From an uncultured Poribacteria bacterium (GTDB lineage: Bacteria > Poribacteria > WGA-4E > WGA-3G), in NCBI GenBank assembly GCA_951813565.1, contig OX638351.1, positions 3,104,001 through 3,168,000 of the forward strand: DNA of 64,000 bases, in the 5' to 3' direction. The notes beneath the pieces are model-generated. The model did not search any database. It was not told where the DNA came from and saw only the letters and a list, made by a program, of their open reading frames with translations. Each line of letters starts with the position of its first letter. Positions within the stretch are counted from its first letter, which is position 1. This document shows positions 61,106 through 64,000 of this stretch, piece by piece. Position numbers and translations under genes: made by a program.

Positions 61106-61855
61106 ATGAAACTGTATCGTGTTTTTTTACTTTTTTTCTTTTCAGGCATCCTCTTTGTTGGTGTAGTTAGTGATACTTCAGCAGATTTTGAGCGTGACGG
61201 TCCCTATGAAGCTGTAGCAGACGCCTACCGCTTTGGTGGAAATGAAAACAGATTACATGTTAGTTTGTATGCAAGGGCTTCTAGTACTGTTTGGGGGAAA
61301 AACGGTTACTTGGAAATAGAATTAGAAGTACACAACAAATGGTTTTATAGGAGAATTAGAACTTCTGTAGATGGTTATGCCTTTTATTGGGCAAGCAATA
61401 ATCTTCAGTTTGAAGAAAACTCAGCCGATGCTAGTGCATATGCTTCGGGACTAAGAACAAACGGAACTTCTTGTTCCGCGTACGCTTATGACGATGTGCT
61501 AGTGATGCCTGACCCTGATCCTCCTCCTCCCACCTATCCCGAACCAGCAGGTATATCTCCAGTAGATCCAGATGACACCCCTTCTCCCGGCGAAACACAC
61601 GAGTACAGACTTGTCACACATGAAGCCTATTCGTCGGTAGATTGGTATGTAAAGGCACCATGGGACACAAGTGAACGCGGTTCACATATAGAGACTGACT
61701 CCGGTGACAGTACGTCATTTGAGGCAACGTTTTCTTACACGTTCCCCAGTGGTGCGATGCATACCGGAGGTTTTCTGATAACAGCGGTCATTACCCGATT
61801 AGCAGATTTGTCTCAGTATGAGGAAACCTATACTGCAACTGTGTCGTTAGAATAA
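61106..61855 (+). CDS. Secreted hypothetical protein
   Basis: Signal peptide, Pro-rich linker, beta-rich C-terminal domain; AAGGAG RBS. Confidence 0.7.
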   Translation: MKLYRVFLLFFFSGILFVGVVSDTSADFERDGPYEAVADAYRFGGNENRLHVSLYARASSTVWGKNGYLEIELEVHNKWFYRRIRTSVDGYAFYWASNNLQFEENSADASAYASGLRTNGTSCSAYAYDDVLVMPDPDPPPPTYPEPAGISPVDPDDTPSPGETHEYRLVTHEAYSSVDWYVKAPWDTSERGSHIETDSGDSTSFEATFSYTFPSGAMHTGGFLITAVITRLADLSQYEETYTATVSLE

Positions 61856-61861
61856 AATTAC

Positions 61862-62011
61862 CAGGACTTACGCACTTTTTTTAAAGTCCCTCTGATAAGG
61901 GGATTTAGGGGGCGGGCCCCATAGCGATAGCGTATGGGGAGATAAAATGCCGAAATTACGGCTTTTTAAGTCCAACTATTTCCTTTTTTTGCTCATTTTG
62001 CGTAAGTCCTG
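61862..62011. mobile_element. 150-bp MITE with 13-bp perfect TIRs and a 5-bp target duplication
   Basis: CAGGACTTACGCA ... TGCGTAAGTCCTG flanked by ATTAC on both sides. Confidence 0.85.
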
Positions 62012-62043
62012 ATTACGTCACATTTATCAGCTTGAATAACAAC

Positions 62044-62081
62044 AGACAAGTAACCTTACGGTTACTTGTCTTCTCTTTTTT
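62044..62081 (+). terminator. Intrinsic terminator
   Basis: AGACAAGTAACC-TTAC-GGTTACTTGTCT followed by a T-rich tract. Confidence 0.7.
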
Positions 62082-62235
62082 ATTAAAAAAGTTGACCTGG
62101 AAAATAAATAGCTATAGAATAATTGACCATACTTCAACACACAATAGCATAAACGCAACGTTAAAATGATTTATATTTTGCCCACGTCTTTCTACCCAGA
62201 TAGATGTTTAGAATGTAACAAAGGAAAACACACCG

Positions 62236-63282
62236 ATGAAAAACAGATTGTTTTCAATTTTGATAGTCCTATTTATAGCACTATCATTTACACTTAACAA
62301 TCTCGCCCAAGACATGCAGGACGATCCACAGCAAGGGGATTTGCCCGACGGTGCCGAAACGCACATCAAGAAAAACAGGATACGAATGATAGCGTATTCG
62401 CCAGATGGCACACGAATCGCGGTTGCAAGTAGCAACGGTATTTGGCTTTACGATGCACAGACAGGTCATGAACTTGTCCAATTCCCAGGGCATAAAGGTA
62501 AGGTCTGGAACATAGCGTTTAGTCCGGATGGAAAAACTATCGTAAGTGCCGGTCAAGATATGACCATTCGTATATGGGATGTGAACACGGGAAGAAACCT
62601 ACGAACATTCAGATACAAGGTTTGGGATATAGCATTCAGTCCGGATGGAAAGACTATCATAAGTGGAGACTGGAACAAAAATCTTTATCTGTTGGATACG
62701 GACACAGGTAAACGCCTACGCACACTATCTGGACATACGGAGGGGATTTGGGATGTAGCGTTTAGTCCGGATGGAAAGACTATCACAAGTGTTGGTCGGG
62801 ACAATACCCTCCGTCTATGGAATGTGAACACAGGACAACTCCTCCGAACAATCACAGGGGATATAAATTCTCCCAGAAACGTAGCGTTTAGTCCGGATGG
62901 AAAAACTATCGCAAGTGTTGGTCGGGACAATACCCTCCGTCTATGGAATGTGAACACAGGACAACTCCTCCGAACAATCACAGGAAATGCGTCTATTCTC
63001 AAAAGTTTGGCATTTAGTCCGGATGGAAAAACTATCGCAGCTCCCCGTGCGGGCGATATCAACTTGTGGGATGTGAACACGGGACAACTCCTCCGAACAA
63101 TCACAGGGTATTGGGAGAACGTTCAACTGCGTCGGACCCGAGGGCGTATTTTAGGACAACCTGGAATCTTTATAGTGGTGTTCAGTCCGGATGGAAAGAC
63201 TATCGCGGGTGCCAATGCACATGAAGTTCATCTGTGGGATGTGAACGCGGGGTACCTCCGAAAACTCATTAGTGGTTTTTGA
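62236..63282 (+). CDS. Secreted WD40-repeat beta-propeller protein
   Basis: Signal peptide; seven A(F/Y)SPDG/VFSPDG..W(D/N)VNTG repeats. Confidence 0.92.
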   Translation: MKNRLFSILIVLFIALSFTLNNLAQDMQDDPQQGDLPDGAETHIKKNRIRMIAYSPDGTRIAVASSNGIWLYDAQTGHELVQFPGHKGKVWNIAFSPDGKTIVSAGQDMTIRIWDVNTGRNLRTFRYKVWDIAFSPDGKTIISGDWNKNLYLLDTDTGKRLRTLSGHTEGIWDVAFSPDGKTITSVGRDNTLRLWNVNTGQLLRTITGDINSPRNVAFSPDGKTIASVGRDNTLRLWNVNTGQLLRTITGNASILKSLAFSPDGKTIAAPRAGDINLWDVNTGQLLRTITGYWENVQLRRTRGRILGQPGIFIVVFSPDGKTIAGANAHEVHLWDVNAGYLRKLISGF

Positions 63283-63414
63283 TACTACCATTCTACGGTA
63301 TGTTGAAAGTGTTAATTTTCTGTTAGCAGAAGTATACCTTAAATATATAAGGGAAGCTCTTATAACTCATAGTATAATAGTATCTGTTTGCAAGCATTCC
63401 ATAAGGAGAAAATC

Positions 63415-64000
63415 ATGAAATTTGTCAACCCCTGCCTGTCTACAGTTTTTGTTCTTATAACATTCATGCAATTCGGATGTTTATCTGGTGGTGTAGTGGG
63501 TAGTGCAAAGAAATTAGTTGAAGCAAAGGATTACCATGGTGCAATAGAAGTTTATCAAAGCATAGTTGATAATAAACCTGGGACTACTGACGCGCGCGCT
63601 GCACAACTCGCTATCGGTGAACTTTACATTGAGCATATACATCAGCCCGAACAAGGGATAAAAACTTATGAAGCAATTATTGCTGAAGCACCCGCAAGCG
63701 ATGAAGCTGCAGAGGCACACTACCGTCTCGGGATGCACGCCTATCGCCATAAAGATTATGACACAGCGCAAACTCAATTTGGTACTATCGTCAATCAATT
63801 TCCGCATCTGGAATTGAGCTACAATGCACAACTGATGTTGGCAAAAAGTTATGAGGGAAGGCAAAATTTTGAACAAGCTGTCCAAGTTTATGGTAATTTT
63901 GCGAACCGCAACCCACAAAGTGGACGCGCGCCACAAGCCCTCGCTAATAAAGCGCGAATACAACGCAAAATCCTAAAAAATGATGATGAAGCGATACGTA
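63415..64000 (+). CDS. TPR-repeat protein, possibly a lipoprotein; 3'-truncated by the window edge and absent from the ORF track
   Basis: AAGGAG RBS; MKFVNPCLSTVFVLITFMQFGC, then TPRs (DYHGAIEVYQSIV, AAEAHYRLG, AQLMLAKSYE); open to the window end. Confidence 0.8.
   Translation, partial: MKFVNPCLSTVFVLITFMQFGCLSGGVVGSAKKLVEAKDYHGAIEVYQSIVDNKPGTTDARAAQLAIGELYIEHIHQPEQGIKTYEAIIAEAPASDEAAEAHYRLGMHAYRHKDYDTAQTQFGTIVNQFPHLELSYNAQLMLAKSYEGRQNFEQAVQVYGNFANRNPQSGRAPQALANKARIQRKILKNDDEAIR

Noticed and set aside
63514..63963. 149-aa minus-strand ORF
   Set aside because: Shadow of the + strand TPR gene starting at 63415
1..64000. tRNA, rRNA, riboswitch or prophage
   Set aside because: No recognisable cloverleaf, rRNA, riboswitch or phage structural genes by eye; a covariance-model search would be needed to exclude small RNAs

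Overview
A mostly + strand, gene-dense bacterial window. Its content strongly suggests Candidatus Poribacteria (inference): lamin-tail-domain and LamG proteins ending in a KLTTxWGxxK motif, three PhyH dioxygenases, sulfatase, WD40, TPR and ASPIC proteins. Housekeeping genes (rpsU, rph, rdgB, efp, accB, accC, pncB) are mixed with an RsbW/RsbV/RsbU-like partner-switching trio, vWA/BatA-type genes, transporters, carbohydrate enzymes, an orphan DNA methyltransferase and an intact tnpB-only IS200/IS605 element. The best candidate for an undescribed system is 44.6-53.4 kb. There a GrpE-like gene and a lid-less Hsp70 are followed by four tandem paralogues, each fusing a degenerate J-domain (RPD/RAD instead of HPD) to a variable, non-catalytic FGE/C-type-lectin-fold domain. 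The Hsp70 has Gln where E. coli DnaK has the HPD-contacting Arg167, and the paralogues are recombinational mosaics. The intergenic DNA holds nested non-autonomous elements: GTAG-type REPs, several MITE families (one with 19-21 bp target duplications) and a ~35-nt CAAATCAAC-hairpin element inserted at C^G, once in frame inside a transposase remnant. The pncB 3' end occurs three times, bracketing cargo genes. No rRNA, tRNA or CRISPR array was recognised. All calls come from reading sequence and motifs by eye; no database searches were run.
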